In this document: positions 26,931 through 35,826 of the stretch, piece after piece
Layout of the letters: each line of letters starts with the position of its first letter
How positions within the stretch are numbered: position 1 is the stretch's first letter
NCBI GenBank assembly: GCA_001000865.1
Contig: LCIE01000003.1
Span: 2,531-57,684, forward strand
DNA length: 55,154 nt
Direction: 5' to 3'
Origin: Candidatus Collierbacteria bacterium GW2011_GWC2_44_18
GTDB taxonomy: Bacteria; Patescibacteriota; Microgenomatia; UBA1400; MFAQ01
The notes under the pieces: generated by a model
Told to the model about the DNA's origin: nothing
Databases searched by the model: none
The model's input: the letters and a program-made list of their open reading frames with translations, nothing else
Translations under genes and position numbers: made by a program

Positions 26931-27296
26931 TTATATATTATCACTTTCAAGATCGATTGCGTTATCGAACGGAGGGATTACAGGATCCGGAAGATCGGTA
27001 CTGAAGTTTTGGATATTTTGTCTGATCCACTCATAATCTGATTTGACAGTTTTTCTGGTAGTGGGGACGGGGGTACCGAGATCCGGAGGCAAAAAGACAG
27101 GAGGTTTACTTCTCTGAAAGATTGCTTTACCAACAGCTAAAGCAATCAAAAGAACTACCAAGACCAGACCACTGACCAAAAACCATTTGAAGCGGGTGAT
27201 CCAAGCTTTGATCGGCACCAAATATGCTCCGGTTTTAATATCATTCAGAAGCTTGACCGCTTCCGGGTTGGTGATTTCAAATTTGAGGTTGGACAT
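26931..27296 (-). CDS. single-pass membrane protein, hypothetical
   Basis: 121 aa with one central TM helix (WFLVSGLVLVVLLIALAVG). Confidence 0.45.
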   Translation of the reverse strand: MSNLKFEITNPEAVKLLNDIKTGAYLVPIKAWITRFKWFLVSGLVLVVLLIALAVGKAIFQRSKPPVFLPPDLGTPVPTTRKTVKSDYEWIRQNIQNFSTDLPDPVIPPFDNAIDLESDNI

Positions 27297-28059
27297 AGTT
27301 TATATCGATATCAATAAGACGGTCTATCCAGTCTAGCTGTAACTCGCGGATTTCTACCAATTTCTCCACCCTTGAAGTAAAGAAAATCTCGTTCACAGAT
27401 TCGGCAACCGCGTCTGCCAGATTAAGATTATTAGCCAAAAGATCAATTTTACCATCGATAATTTTAGAGGAATCTTTGAGCTCTTGAATTCGAGCGGCCA
27501 AACCAGATGGAATAGGGGTAGGAAGCTTGAGAATAATAGCATCCAAGGCGATTGAAGAATCCGTTTGAATTCTTACGAGAGCGGCGACTTTGTTTGCCAC
27601 GATACCAAATTTAACGATGCTGTCATTCTCCGATATAGTAGCTAGATTACTTTGGGTGAACTTATTTAGATCTTCTTGGGTGATTATGCTCTGGGATTTT
27701 TTTGCCTGGGCGAGAAAATATTGCCGAGCTGTATCTAGCGAAGTAATGACCGGTTTGATAGGGTTGTAGTCTATATTGTAACTTGCTATACGATCCATCA
27801 AATACCAATTTAACGAAGCCTTGGCAAGATCTCTCGCCAATATTGTTTGCTTGGCCGAAAGCATGGCTTTTTGCTGATTGTCTAAGCTCGAGGTGTTGAG
27901 ATAATCGCGCTTCAGGATGACGAATTCGGAATATCCAGTACGATATTGACCGTACTGATAGTCATAATCCGACTTGGCATCGGCCAATACAAATGGTGAA
28001 GTAATAGAGGCGATGACCAATAATATGATTGCAATTGGAAAAAAAAGGTGACATTTCAT
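27277..28059 (-). CDS. secreted hypothetical protein
   Basis: 260 aa. N-terminal signal-like MKCHLFFPIAIILLVIASITSPFVLA, with a helical remainder. Confidence 0.5.
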   Translation of the reverse strand: MKCHLFFPIAIILLVIASITSPFVLADAKSDYDYQYGQYRTGYSEFVILKRDYLNTSSLDNQQKAMLSAKQTILARDLAKASLNWYLMDRIASYNIDYNPIKPVITSLDTARQYFLAQAKKSQSIITQEDLNKFTQSNLATISENDSIVKFGIVANKVAALVRIQTDSSIALDAIILKLPTPIPSGLAARIQELKDSSKIIDGKIDLLANNLNLADAVAESVNEIFFTSRVEKLVEIRELQLDWIDRLIDIDINYVQPQI

Positions 28060-28089
28060 CTACCTAATAGTATACCCGATTACTGACCG

Positions 28090-28341
28090 TTACAGTAATC
28101 CTATGGCCAATACACATCCTAAAACACCAAAAAGCACGTATTCCAATATCACTTTTTGATGGATGGTCTTCTCTCTCCAATGATGAAAAATTCCCCAGAT
28201 AACATAAACCAAAGAGACGTAGATAGCCGTAATCATCTGATAAGTTTTATTTCCGTTAAGAATGAGTGTCAAGAGTATGGCTGTAGAAACTAGCAAACTG
28301 AGAGCCAGATAGTCGATTATTTTTCCTATTGGCTTTTTCAT
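28090..28341 (-). CDS. small 3-TM membrane protein
   Basis: MKKPIGKIIDYLALSLLV... The start at 28341 forms an ATGA overlap with the stop of the upstream CAP-domain gene. Confidence 0.5.
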   Translation of the reverse strand: MKKPIGKIIDYLALSLLVSTAILLTLILNGNKTYQMITAIYVSLVYVIWGIFHHWREKTIHQKVILEYVLFGVLGCVLAIGLL

Positions 28342-29228
28342 AAGATGATTCCTTGTCTCGTGATAATAAGAATAGCAGCCATCCCAATAAAATAAGTCAG
28401 ATGGGCCCAAGTGTCTCCGGATATGCGGATAATATTGTATCTAAGGACAAAGATCCAGTCCAAACTGAGGGCGAAGAGAACTATGACGGCAAAGGCGAGA
28501 GACCAGGATCTTTTCAGATCCAAAGGAGAAAGACCTGATGTGGGTATGAGCTTCTCCCCGATCGTGTCAGCGGCAACGGCTCCTTTTGTAACTATCTTGG
28601 CAGCTTTCTCCTGAGCCAAGACTGGTTTGGCCTCAACTCGGTCTGAGGCGATGTTGGAAACGGAAGTTTGTGGAGAGCCAAACATTTGAACAACGATAGT
28701 GGTTTCTACACCGTTGAGGTATCCGTCCATGACAGCTATGCCTATGTCTTGGTAACGTTTGTCAAGGAGATTTTGGCGATGGGTAGGAGAGGCCAGCCAG
28801 GCTTTGACAATATCAGAAGGATTGCCAAAATCCCGGGCCAAGTTTTCGCCGGCGTGCTGATATTTATAGCCGGCGGTAGTAATGAAAGACCACGGTTCGG
28901 TACCAGAGGGAGAAACATGAGCCCAATAATTATGGGCAAACATATCGGCGGCTTTGGCCTGTGCCGCTAGAGACAGTTCCTGATTTTGCTTCACGATGGT
29001 GAGCCCAGCATTGAGTCGTTCGTTGTTTGTGAGCTCTATCACTCTGGACGGATCAATTTGAGAAGCATAACCAAGAACTCCCGGTAGAAGACCAATGGTA
29101 ATATCCACAATAGAACGGCCCATGATAAACAAGCCGATTAAAATCACTATCGACCTTGGCCAGAGAATTTTGGCTTTGTGATTGTTATGTGGATGAGGAA
29201 AGAAAAGGGTGAGGGCAGGATGTGCCAT
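28338..29228 (-). CDS. membrane-anchored CAP/SCP (YkwD-like) domain protein
   Basis: ELTNNERLNAGL...AQAKAADMFAHNYWAHVSP...HAGENLARDF...AWLASPTHRQNLLDKRYQDIGIAV. Start chosen at MAHPALT (29228), downstream of the sortase-like gene stop. Confidence 0.75.
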   Translation of the reverse strand: MAHPALTLFFPHPHNNHKAKILWPRSIVILIGLFIMGRSIVDITIGLLPGVLGYASQIDPSRVIELTNNERLNAGLTIVKQNQELSLAAQAKAADMFAHNYWAHVSPSGTEPWSFITTAGYKYQHAGENLARDFGNPSDIVKAWLASPTHRQNLLDKRYQDIGIAVMDGYLNGVETTIVVQMFGSPQTSVSNIASDRVEAKPVLAQEKAAKIVTKGAVAADTIGEKLIPTSGLSPLDLKRSWSLAFAVIVLFALSLDWIFVLRYNIIRISGDTWAHLTYFIGMAAILIITRQGIIL

Positions 29229-29269
29229 AACTAAATCATTATGGCACAGGATGATTTCTTTGAATATAG

Positions 29270-29863
29270 CTAGCTTTGTTGACGAGTGGCCAGTATAAGG
29301 ACTCTCATGACTGAAGTCCCTGGTGGCCAAGTGGTCATGAGAGTAAGGGATTCTTCTGTGGTGTTATCGGAAATAAATTCGACGGTACTTCTCGGGACAA
29401 TTTTCTTTTCCTGGACCAGATACACGTAGGTATTATTTTCGTAATAAAGGCGTATTTCGTCTCCTTTTTCCAACTTACTCAGGAGATAAAAAACCGAATT
29501 ATATTTTGAGGCTTTAAACAAATTCTCGGAGGAATGTGAAAATAGAAAAATATTACCCTTCTGACCTGGTATGGCGGAGCCATCAACGTGGGAAATACCG
29601 CCAACCAAGGCTTTTTGGTAAACATTCTCGTCGTAAGGATTGACGTTTTTTATAACATGCGCGTTGGCGCCAATTTTATCGATAATGATCCCGAAATCCA
29701 TGTCAACGGGAGTGGTACTTTTTAAAGTTGATTTTGTAAATGTATCAACCCTAGTAACGTTGTAGTTGATCTCCTGCTGGATCACGGGAATAAAGGTCCG
29801 ACCAAGATTCATGATGACAATCAGAAGTAAACTAATTCCTAAAAGCTTATTCATCTGCTTCAT
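29270..29863 (-). CDS. sortase-fold protein with Trp in place of the catalytic Cys
   Basis: N-terminal TM helix. PGQKGNIFLFSHSS (His region), GDEIRLYYENNTYVYLV, and LTLMTTWPPGTSVMRV where sortases have TLxTCxP...R. The TGG codon is at 29327..29329. Confidence 0.65.
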   Translation of the reverse strand: MKQMNKLLGISLLLIVIMNLGRTFIPVIQQEINYNVTRVDTFTKSTLKSTTPVDMDFGIIIDKIGANAHVIKNVNPYDENVYQKALVGGISHVDGSAIPGQKGNIFLFSHSSENLFKASKYNSVFYLLSKLEKGDEIRLYYENNTYVYLVQEKKIVPRSTVEFISDNTTEESLTLMTTWPPGTSVMRVLILATRQQS

Positions 29864-29875
29864 TATGGCATAGGA

Positions 29876-32800
29876 CTATCCCTTTTTGAATAAGCCACGC
29901 ACCACGAAATATAGAGGAATAAATAGTAGAAGCCATAAGTAGTTCTTATTACCGGTATCATTTTCACTCTTGTCGGCCAATACTTGACCGGTGGGGGTAA
30001 GGCTGGGAGTAGCAGATATCTGAGCAACAAGGGAGGTTTGATCTGTTTCTTCGGTGGTGGCTCCTAAGACACCCGGCTCAAAACCTGCTGGAGGCTCGGC
30101 TACAAAACCGCCGGAGGGGGATGAGGACAGTTCGTTGGAAAAGTCACCCGGTGCACAGCCATTACCGGCGCGGACTCGGAAATAATAAGTGGTTCCTCCG
30201 GATAGTCCATTGATAGTGTAGCTTGTAGTACCGGCAGGACCGACATTGGGGTTGCCGTACTGTTGTGAACCAGACTTGGTGCCATAGGTCACTAAATAGT
30301 AAGAGGTTGGGTTGGAGGCTGTAGACCAATTTAAGGTGACGGAGTTAATCCCGGCGACGACGGACAGTAAGATCGGAGCAGATCCTGGCTTGGTATCGTT
30401 ACAGACGGGGGTTTTACCGGCCAACCCATCCGAAAGACCATCTCCTCCACCACCACTGTTGCTATTGTTTGTTGTTTGGGTATAACTGGCAAACTTTGTA
30501 AAGTGTTTGGTCCAAATGACTAAATCTAGACCGACATCAATCTTACATTCTCCATCAGCAACTAATGCATCTCCCGCCTCTTGAGTATCGGCAGTACAAA
30601 TACTGGTAATTTCTGTAAAATCCGTTCCCGGTCTGGAATAACCCACTTTTTTGCCTGCTTGATTTGGTAGTAAAATTCTAACCGCTTCATCAAAAGTAAG
30701 TTTATCAGCAGCATACCCTATTTCTATAGCCTCACCTAAGGTTGAACCCGATGGCAGTGTTACTGTTGTAATAGTTGGGGCTGCGATTACTCCATCCCAA
30801 CCAGTAGGACCAGTTACTTTGGTTGCTGGAATTTGCACATCAGCATTATCGGAGTTTATTGTAATTTTTGGTATGTCTCCGTCACCATCATCATAAATGA
30901 ATGAACTAACATCTATTTTTGCTTCCGTATCTCCATCAACAGTGACAGTAACTTCATCTTCCGGATCCGTGATAACCACTTCAGGAGAATCGGTATCAGC
31001 CGTAGCTTCACCATCGCTATCAGGAGTAGTTTGAGTAGCGGCTAGACTAGAATCAACTATTAATAAGCTCGTTGCAGTATTTCCCGCGAGATCGGTTACA
31101 GAAACCACCACATCATTGGCAAAGGTGGTAGTTTCTGTGGCGGTAATAGTCAATGCCGCTCCGGTCCAAGAATACGTTAAGGTTTTGTCTGCTCCGGTTG
31201 TCAGTGCATTTTGAACTACTGTTTTGGAACTGTCCGATAAAATTTCATTGAAAACCAAACTGGTATCACCGGCACTCAAAACAACATCCGCAGAATCATC
31301 ACCTAAATTATTAACAGTGGGAGCAGTATTGTCATGCGTAATGGCAACTGTGGTAACTGAACTTACATTACTAGCTGCATCTTTTGCGGTGACACTTAGA
31401 TTATTCACTACGTTTTGAGTAAGTGTTACCGTAATATCATAGTTGCCGCCTGTCGCTGTTCCGGTTGTGGTGCTTGCTCCTCCGGTAATCGTAATCGTTG
31501 AATTGGCTTCGGCCGTACCAATAATATGAATTGTATCCGTATTTACCGTCTGAGCCGGTGTAGTAATAGCAGGAGTAGCCGGTGCTGTTTTGTCCACTGT
31601 TAATGGATCACTATTACCACTAAAGGGTGAGGGATTGTCAGCCGGATCATAAGCTAATACTTTGGTGTACCAAATATCATCAGTTAAAGGATTTGTATGC
31701 GTATAAGAAGTTCCACTAATATTTCCTGAATCAAAATCAGTTCCTCCTAAAATGGTTGACCAATAAAAGATATAATGGTCGGCATCAATAGAGGAAGCCC
31801 AATTCCAAGTAGGTTTGTTGTTATTTGTTGGTGTTGTTGAGTCTGTGGTCGGTATTCCTGGAGCAGTTGGAGACAATATTGTTTTTGCTGAATCAGTATA
31901 GTAAGGACGGAACGTTACACTACCTGAGGTACCGGCTTGTACTACTGTCGGATCTGAACTTCCCCACCAGTTATTGGTAGCATCAACTGTCCCCGATGTA
32001 TTACCAAAACTTGTTCTATATACGCCACTAGCGCTGTTATCTACAATTTTATTTGTATTTATGCTTGGGTTTGCATTATACAAAATAACTCCATAAGCAT
32101 TATTGTAGATATCATTGTTTTCTATCGTTGTTGAAGATCCAGCTTCTATGTCTATACCCACATTGTTATCATAAATGTCGTTACTTGATATTTCTAAATC
32201 AGCCGTAGCATCCATAATTAATATTCCTGCGCCAGTCGTACTACCCTCATATCCTAAACTAGCGCTATAACCTACCCAAGAACAATCGCTAATTGTATTA
32301 TTTTTAATAGTTCCTGTTATGCCTGCACCATTAGGCCAACCAATCTGGATGCCGTTTGGTATAACCCCAGTAGAAGAGTAAAGCAAGGAAACAATATTCT
32401 CCTCAATTTGGACGGTGTGAGCAGCGTTAACCCTAATTCCTACTGGGCCAACGTTTTTAATTGCATTATTTAGAATTTTGACATCTACACTACTTACACC
32501 GCCATTATCTACATTAATACCATGTCCAAGATCATCACTGTTATTGGTATTTTGTATGGTGAATCCTGAAAGAGTAACTGTCCCACTACTCGCAGTTATC
32601 TTAACTAATCCTCCAGTGCTTGTCGCTCCACCGTCTATTGTAGTAGTTGTATATCCAGCACCCTGTAATGTTAATGGCTTGTTAATAAGAATCTGACTTT
32701 CATTATATGTTCCCGCCGCGACATTAATTATGTCGCTGGAGCTTGCTGCATTAATTGCAGCCTGAATAGTCGCGTATTTCACGAATGTAGTCTCATTTGT

Positions 32801-33952
32801 AACAGGATACTCTATGTCAAACTGAGTGAAATGACTAGTTGTAAAAGTAAGAGTTTTTGTGTCGTTGTCCCATGTTTTTACAATAGTTGGATAATCGTCA
32901 GTACCGGGTTGGATCACAGTGTCCGCATCGTTCTTAACTATCAAGTTGGGTATGGCGTTAAAATCATTAAGACCATACATATAAATCTTGGCTCCCGTTA
33001 TCGCCATAGCAGTAGCCGTTGCTGAATCAAACTCTATATGCCCTGCTGACATATCCATCGCTGTACCTAGGCTTTGCAGGACATTTACAGTACCTTGGTC
33101 GCTCAAATTCAAAATTTTCTCAAAAACGATTTTACCTTGACCAGTTTTTTCAAAATACAAAGCACCTCCTAATTCTGTGTTTGAAGTTGCTGATGGGTTG
33201 TCTAGTTCCCCAATGTTGCTTTTTATATCCCCCTGACTACTAAGTGTACTGTCAATATATGATAAAAGCGGTGCTTTATCGGTCTCCCCTGCGTCATTAA
33301 ACCAACCCTTAGTGGGACTAGAACAAACCTGCCATGTATCACCCGTATCTTGAGTTCGGCAAACACTTTGATCTTCTGCGACATTACCAATATTTTGACC
33401 ATTGACAAAAGAGCTGTCTTTGTAAGAAACAACATCTTGAGATTCTGCATAGTTGTCTTTTAAAGTAATGGATTCTGAACCGGTGTTATTTAACCAACCG
33501 TCACCTCCAGATTTTTCGAAAGCCAAAATTCCATTAGCAGGAATTATTCCTGACAAGGTTTTAACGTTATTCATATTGTCAACCAAACTCCAATTTGTTA
33601 AATCAATTGCCCCAGCAGTTTTGTTATAAAGTTCCACCCATTCATTGCCGCTTGAGGGGTCAAAAAGAAATTCATTGATAATTACTTGCGATGAAGTTTC
33701 ATCAAAAGGCTCTCCAACATAAGTATCAAGCCCGGGATTAGTGATAGTACCGGCTATAACAACAAAGAAGGTAGTGAAATGGTCAAGTCCTGTTACGGAA
33801 ACTGAGGTGTCGGTTTTGGTAAGGGAGTTGTCAACTTTTTCAGCAGAGTTTATGTCTGAAATTTCTTCTGCGAATTTTACCTCAACGGCTTTTCCTTTTG
33901 ATGCTTCCGGAATAGGGAGAGAAAGATTGTAGGTAAAAGAGCCATCCGACAT
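29876..33952 (-). CDS. giant surface protein body: LTD domain, right-handed beta-helix repeats, Ig-like repeats, FN3, C-terminal TM anchor
   Basis: VIINEFLFDPSSGNEWVELYNKTAGAIDLTNWSLVD (lamin-tail domain). Repeated NNxI/DN motifs (SSNDIYDNNVGIDIEAGSSTTIENNDIYNNAYGVILY) indicate a beta-helix. TSYYLVTYGTKSG...TYYFRVRAGN (FN3). C-terminal YLWLLLFIPLYFVVRGLFKKG. The frame stays open upstream of the first Met as far as 34349. Confidence 0.8.
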   Translation of the reverse strand: MSDGSFTYNLSLPIPEASKGKAVEVKFAEEISDINSAEKVDNSLTKTDTSVSVTGLDHFTTFFVVIAGTITNPGLDTYVGEPFDETSSQVIINEFLFDPSSGNEWVELYNKTAGAIDLTNWSLVDNMNNVKTLSGIIPANGILAFEKSGGDGWLNNTGSESITLKDNYAESQDVVSYKDSSFVNGQNIGNVAEDQSVCRTQDTGDTWQVCSSPTKGWFNDAGETDKAPLLSYIDSTLSSQGDIKSNIGELDNPSATSNTELGGALYFEKTGQGKIVFEKILNLSDQGTVNVLQSLGTAMDMSAGHIEFDSATATAMAITGAKIYMYGLNDFNAIPNLIVKNDADTVIQPGTDDYPTIVKTWDNDTKTLTFTTSHFTQFDIEYPVTNETTFVKYATIQAAINAASSSDIINVAAGTYNESQILINKPLTLQGAGYTTTTIDGGATSTGGLVKITASSGTVTLSGFTIQNTNNSDDLGHGINVDNGGVSSVDVKILNNAIKNVGPVGIRVNAAHTVQIEENIVSLLYSSTGVIPNGIQIGWPNGAGITGTIKNNTISDCSWVGYSASLGYEGSTTGAGILIMDATADLEISSNDIYDNNVGIDIEAGSSTTIENNDIYNNAYGVILYNANPSINTNKIVDNSASGVYRTSFGNTSGTVDATNNWWGSSDPTVVQAGTSGSVTFRPYYTDSAKTILSPTAPGIPTTDSTTPTNNNKPTWNWASSIDADHYIFYWSTILGGTDFDSGNISGTSYTHTNPLTDDIWYTKVLAYDPADNPSPFSGNSDPLTVDKTAPATPAITTPAQTVNTDTIHIIGTAEANSTITITGGASTTTGTATGGNYDITVTLTQNVVNNLSVTAKDAASNVSSVTTVAITHDNTAPTVNNLGDDSADVVLSAGDTSLVFNEILSDSSKTVVQNALTTGADKTLTYSWTGAALTITATETTTFANDVVVSVTDLAGNTATSLLIVDSSLAATQTTPDSDGEATADTDSPEVVITDPEDEVTVTVDGDTEAKIDVSSFIYDDGDGDIPKITINSDNADVQIPATKVTGPTGWDGVIAAPTITTVTLPSGSTLGEAIEIGYAADKLTFDEAVRILLPNQAGKKVGYSRPGTDFTEITSICTADTQEAGDALVADGECKIDVGLDLVIWTKHFTKFASYTQTTNNSNSGGGGDGLSDGLAGKTPVCNDTKPGSAPILLSVVAGINSVTLNWSTASNPTSYYLVTYGTKSGSQQYGNPNVGPAGTTSYTINGLSGGTTYYFRVRAGNGCAPGDFSNELSSSPSGGFVAEPPAGFEPGVLGATTEETDQTSLVAQISATPSLTPTGQVLADKSENDTGNKNYLWLLLFIPLYFVVRGLFKKG

Positions 33953-34305
33953 GTCAGACGTAATGTCATACGCCTTATCGGATAATGATCCTGTTTGTTT
34001 AATTTGTTCTGCAGTGAGCGTGATTTCCTCAATTTTGATGTTGCCTGCGGGAGTCGGGAGTTTTGTAAAAGCCAGTTTTACTTCGCTGTTTTGAGGAGCG
34101 ACATATTCTTTATTTAGTTCTACCTTTTCAAAAGTCCATGGTGAAGGAGTTGGGGTTGGTGTTAATTCTGGAGTAGCAGTTGGAGTGACTTCAATGGTTG
34201 GGGTCGGAGAAGGAGCTTCGGTTGGCGTAAGAGACGGAGTAATTTCTTCTTTCGGAGTTGGGGTGATTTCTGGAGTTGGTTCGGTGGTTGGGGCGGCCTC
34301 GGGAG

Positions 34306-34521
34306 TTACTTCGACCGTTGGCGTAACCTCAATGGGGGGATTGCTGCGCTATCCCCCGGATCCTGGTCCGTGGCTAAAGGCAAAACCGCAATGAGGGTAT
34401 CGGCGGAAGGAGTGGAGTCTTCGGCGTAGACCGGTATGACCAAAAGGGGAGCAATTGATTGAAGGAGTAGATTAAACGAAAGAATAACAGAAAGTAGCTT
34501 CCTATGAATCTTTTTGTTCAT
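34306..34521 (-). CDS. detached signal-peptide exon of the giant surface protein (frameshifted 5' end)
   Basis: MNKKIHRKLLSVILSFNLLLQSIAPLLVIPVYAEDS is a Sec-type signal. This ORF leaves the frame of 29876..33952 at the G6 run 34334..34339, and one extra G would join them. Confidence 0.6.
   Translation of the reverse strand: MNKKIHRKLLSVILSFNLLLQSIAPLLVIPVYAEDSTPSADTLIAVLPLATDQDPGDSAAIPPLRLRQRSK
34338..34395 (+). repeat. degenerate GGATTGC...CGCAATGAG repeat inside the 5' region of the giant surface-protein gene
   Basis: It has the head and tail of the family. It is immediately preceded by the G6 run at which the reading frame breaks. Confidence 0.55.
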
Positions 34522-34600
34522 TATACCGAGATGATCTCACTAATAACAAGTTATGTCAATATATATTGATGTAATATTTATGACCCGATCTAGCTTGATT

Positions 34601-34927
34601 TTATACCTTTTTTTGAGAACTGATACTGGGAGGTGAAGAGTAGATGGGTTCAACGGGATTTTTTTGACCATTGACCGGAATGCCCAGGGCAAAGCCTAGG
34701 GCGTTGGCTATGGTGACGCCGATTCGGGTGCCGGTGAAGGAGCCGGGTCCGGGATTCACTTCCACTTCTGTAATGTCTTCCTGTTTCAAATTTTCCTGGG
34801 CGAGGCAGGAGAGAAGAAAGCCAAAAACATCTTGGTTACGAGGTGAATCGACATGATTCACGAATTCTTTATCGCCGAGGCGGATGATGACTTGAGTATT
34901 GTTGGTGGAGTCGAGAAATAGATGCAT
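34601..34927 (-). CDS. tsaB: TsaB-like protein, N-terminal half only (t6A pathway)
   Basis: FLDSTNN...VNPGPGSFTGTRIGVTIANALGFALGIPV is the TsaB/YeaZ signature. It is only 108 aa, versus the much longer length usual for TsaB. Confidence 0.7.
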   Translation of the reverse strand: MHLFLDSTNNTQVIIRLGDKEFVNHVDSPRNQDVFGFLLSCLAQENLKQEDITEVEVNPGPGSFTGTRIGVTIANALGFALGIPVNGQKNPVEPIYSSPPSISSQKKV

Positions 34928-34941
34928 ATTTATATTTTACT

Positions 34942-35034
34942 GGATTGCCACAGCTCGGAGTACCGAGATTCGCAATGACGGAGGAAGTGGATCTCCCCCT
35001 ACGGTGACCAGCGGCCCGCTTTCGCGAGGATGAC
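34942..35034 (+). repeat. two hairpin-repeat units between tsaB and tsaE
   Basis: GGATTGCCACAGCTCGGAGTACCGAGATTCGCAATGACG, then a unit ending CGCGAGGATGAC (the same tail as 47699..47710). Confidence 0.8.
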
Positions 35035-35040
35035 CGATTG

Positions 35041-35475
35041 TTAATGGGTGAGGATGCGGATTTCGCGCTGGTTGTCGCCGGTGGCTTTCAGGAATATATC
35101 GATACGATTTTTGGGAAGAATGTCTACAAATTTTTCAGGCCACTCAATGATTAAGAGGTTGGTAGGATCATTCCAGATTTCTTCGACATCGAAGGCTTTT
35201 ATTTCTTCCACCGAGTTGAGGCGATAGAGATCGAGATGATAGAGAGTCTTGATCACCGGATGTAAGGTTACCGGATACTGGCGCATGATAATAAATGTCG
35301 GAGAAACCAATCGGGAAATTCCAAAAAAGGAGGCGAGCCCCTGGGTGAAAGTAGTTTTCCCCGCGGCCAAACTGCCGTAAAGACACAAGGTGGTTCCCTT
35401 TTTCAACCCGGATGCGAGACGGTAGGCTATTTCTTGAGTTTCCTCAGTGGATGAACTAACAAAAAGCTGTTCCAT
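35041..35475 (-). CDS. tsaE: tRNA t6A37 biosynthesis ATPase TsaE
   Basis: LYGSLAAGKTTFTQGLA (Walker A), SPTFIIM, HLDLYRL, IEWPE. Confidence 0.9.
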   Translation of the reverse strand: MEQLFVSSSTEETQEIAYRLASGLKKGTTLCLYGSLAAGKTTFTQGLASFFGISRLVSPTFIIMRQYPVTLHPVIKTLYHLDLYRLNSVEEIKAFDVEEIWNDPTNLLIIEWPEKFVDILPKNRIDIFLKATGDNQREIRILTH

Positions 35476-35816
35476 GTTTGGAATTTGATAATCGAAATAG
35501 AAGCTAAGACCAAGCCAAGAGAATCGATACCGACATCATGAAGCTTGCCGGTACGAGTAGGAATAAATAACTGATGAATCTCGTCCGTAAAAGCAAAAAT
35601 AAGTGAGTAGAGAAAAGCTTTGGCTGGACTCTTCTCTCCCACTGCCCGAAACATAAAGAACATAAGTACGGTGTACTCGAAGACGTGGGCCAATTTTTTT
35701 GACAAAAAATCTTCGGTTATGGTGCCGTTTACGGGAAGATCAGACTTCGAAGACATCAGAAAGATGAGGAGCATCCAAAAGACGACCGGCAAGTATCTAA
35801 GAATAAACTTCTTCAT
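35427..35816 (-). CDS. VanZ-like membrane protein
   Basis: MKKFILRYLPVVFWMLLIFLMSS...KLAHVFEYTVLMFF...TDEIHQLFIPTRTGKLHDVGIDSLG. Start chosen at 35816. Confidence 0.7.
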   Translation of the reverse strand: MKKFILRYLPVVFWMLLIFLMSSKSDLPVNGTITEDFLSKKLAHVFEYTVLMFFMFRAVGEKSPAKAFLYSLIFAFTDEIHQLFIPTRTGKLHDVGIDSLGLVLASISIIKFQTWNSFLLVHPLRKLKK

Positions 35817-35826
35817 AGTAGATATT

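Noticed and set aside
29987-30001. LTPTG near the C-terminus of the giant protein, and LPNSV in 35827..36993, as sortase sorting motifs
   Set aside because: LTPTG is not the canonical LPxTG and lies ~17 residues before the hydrophobic helix. LPNSV lacks the TG. With the adjacent sortase-like protein lacking its Cys, a sorting reaction cannot be claimed from sequence.
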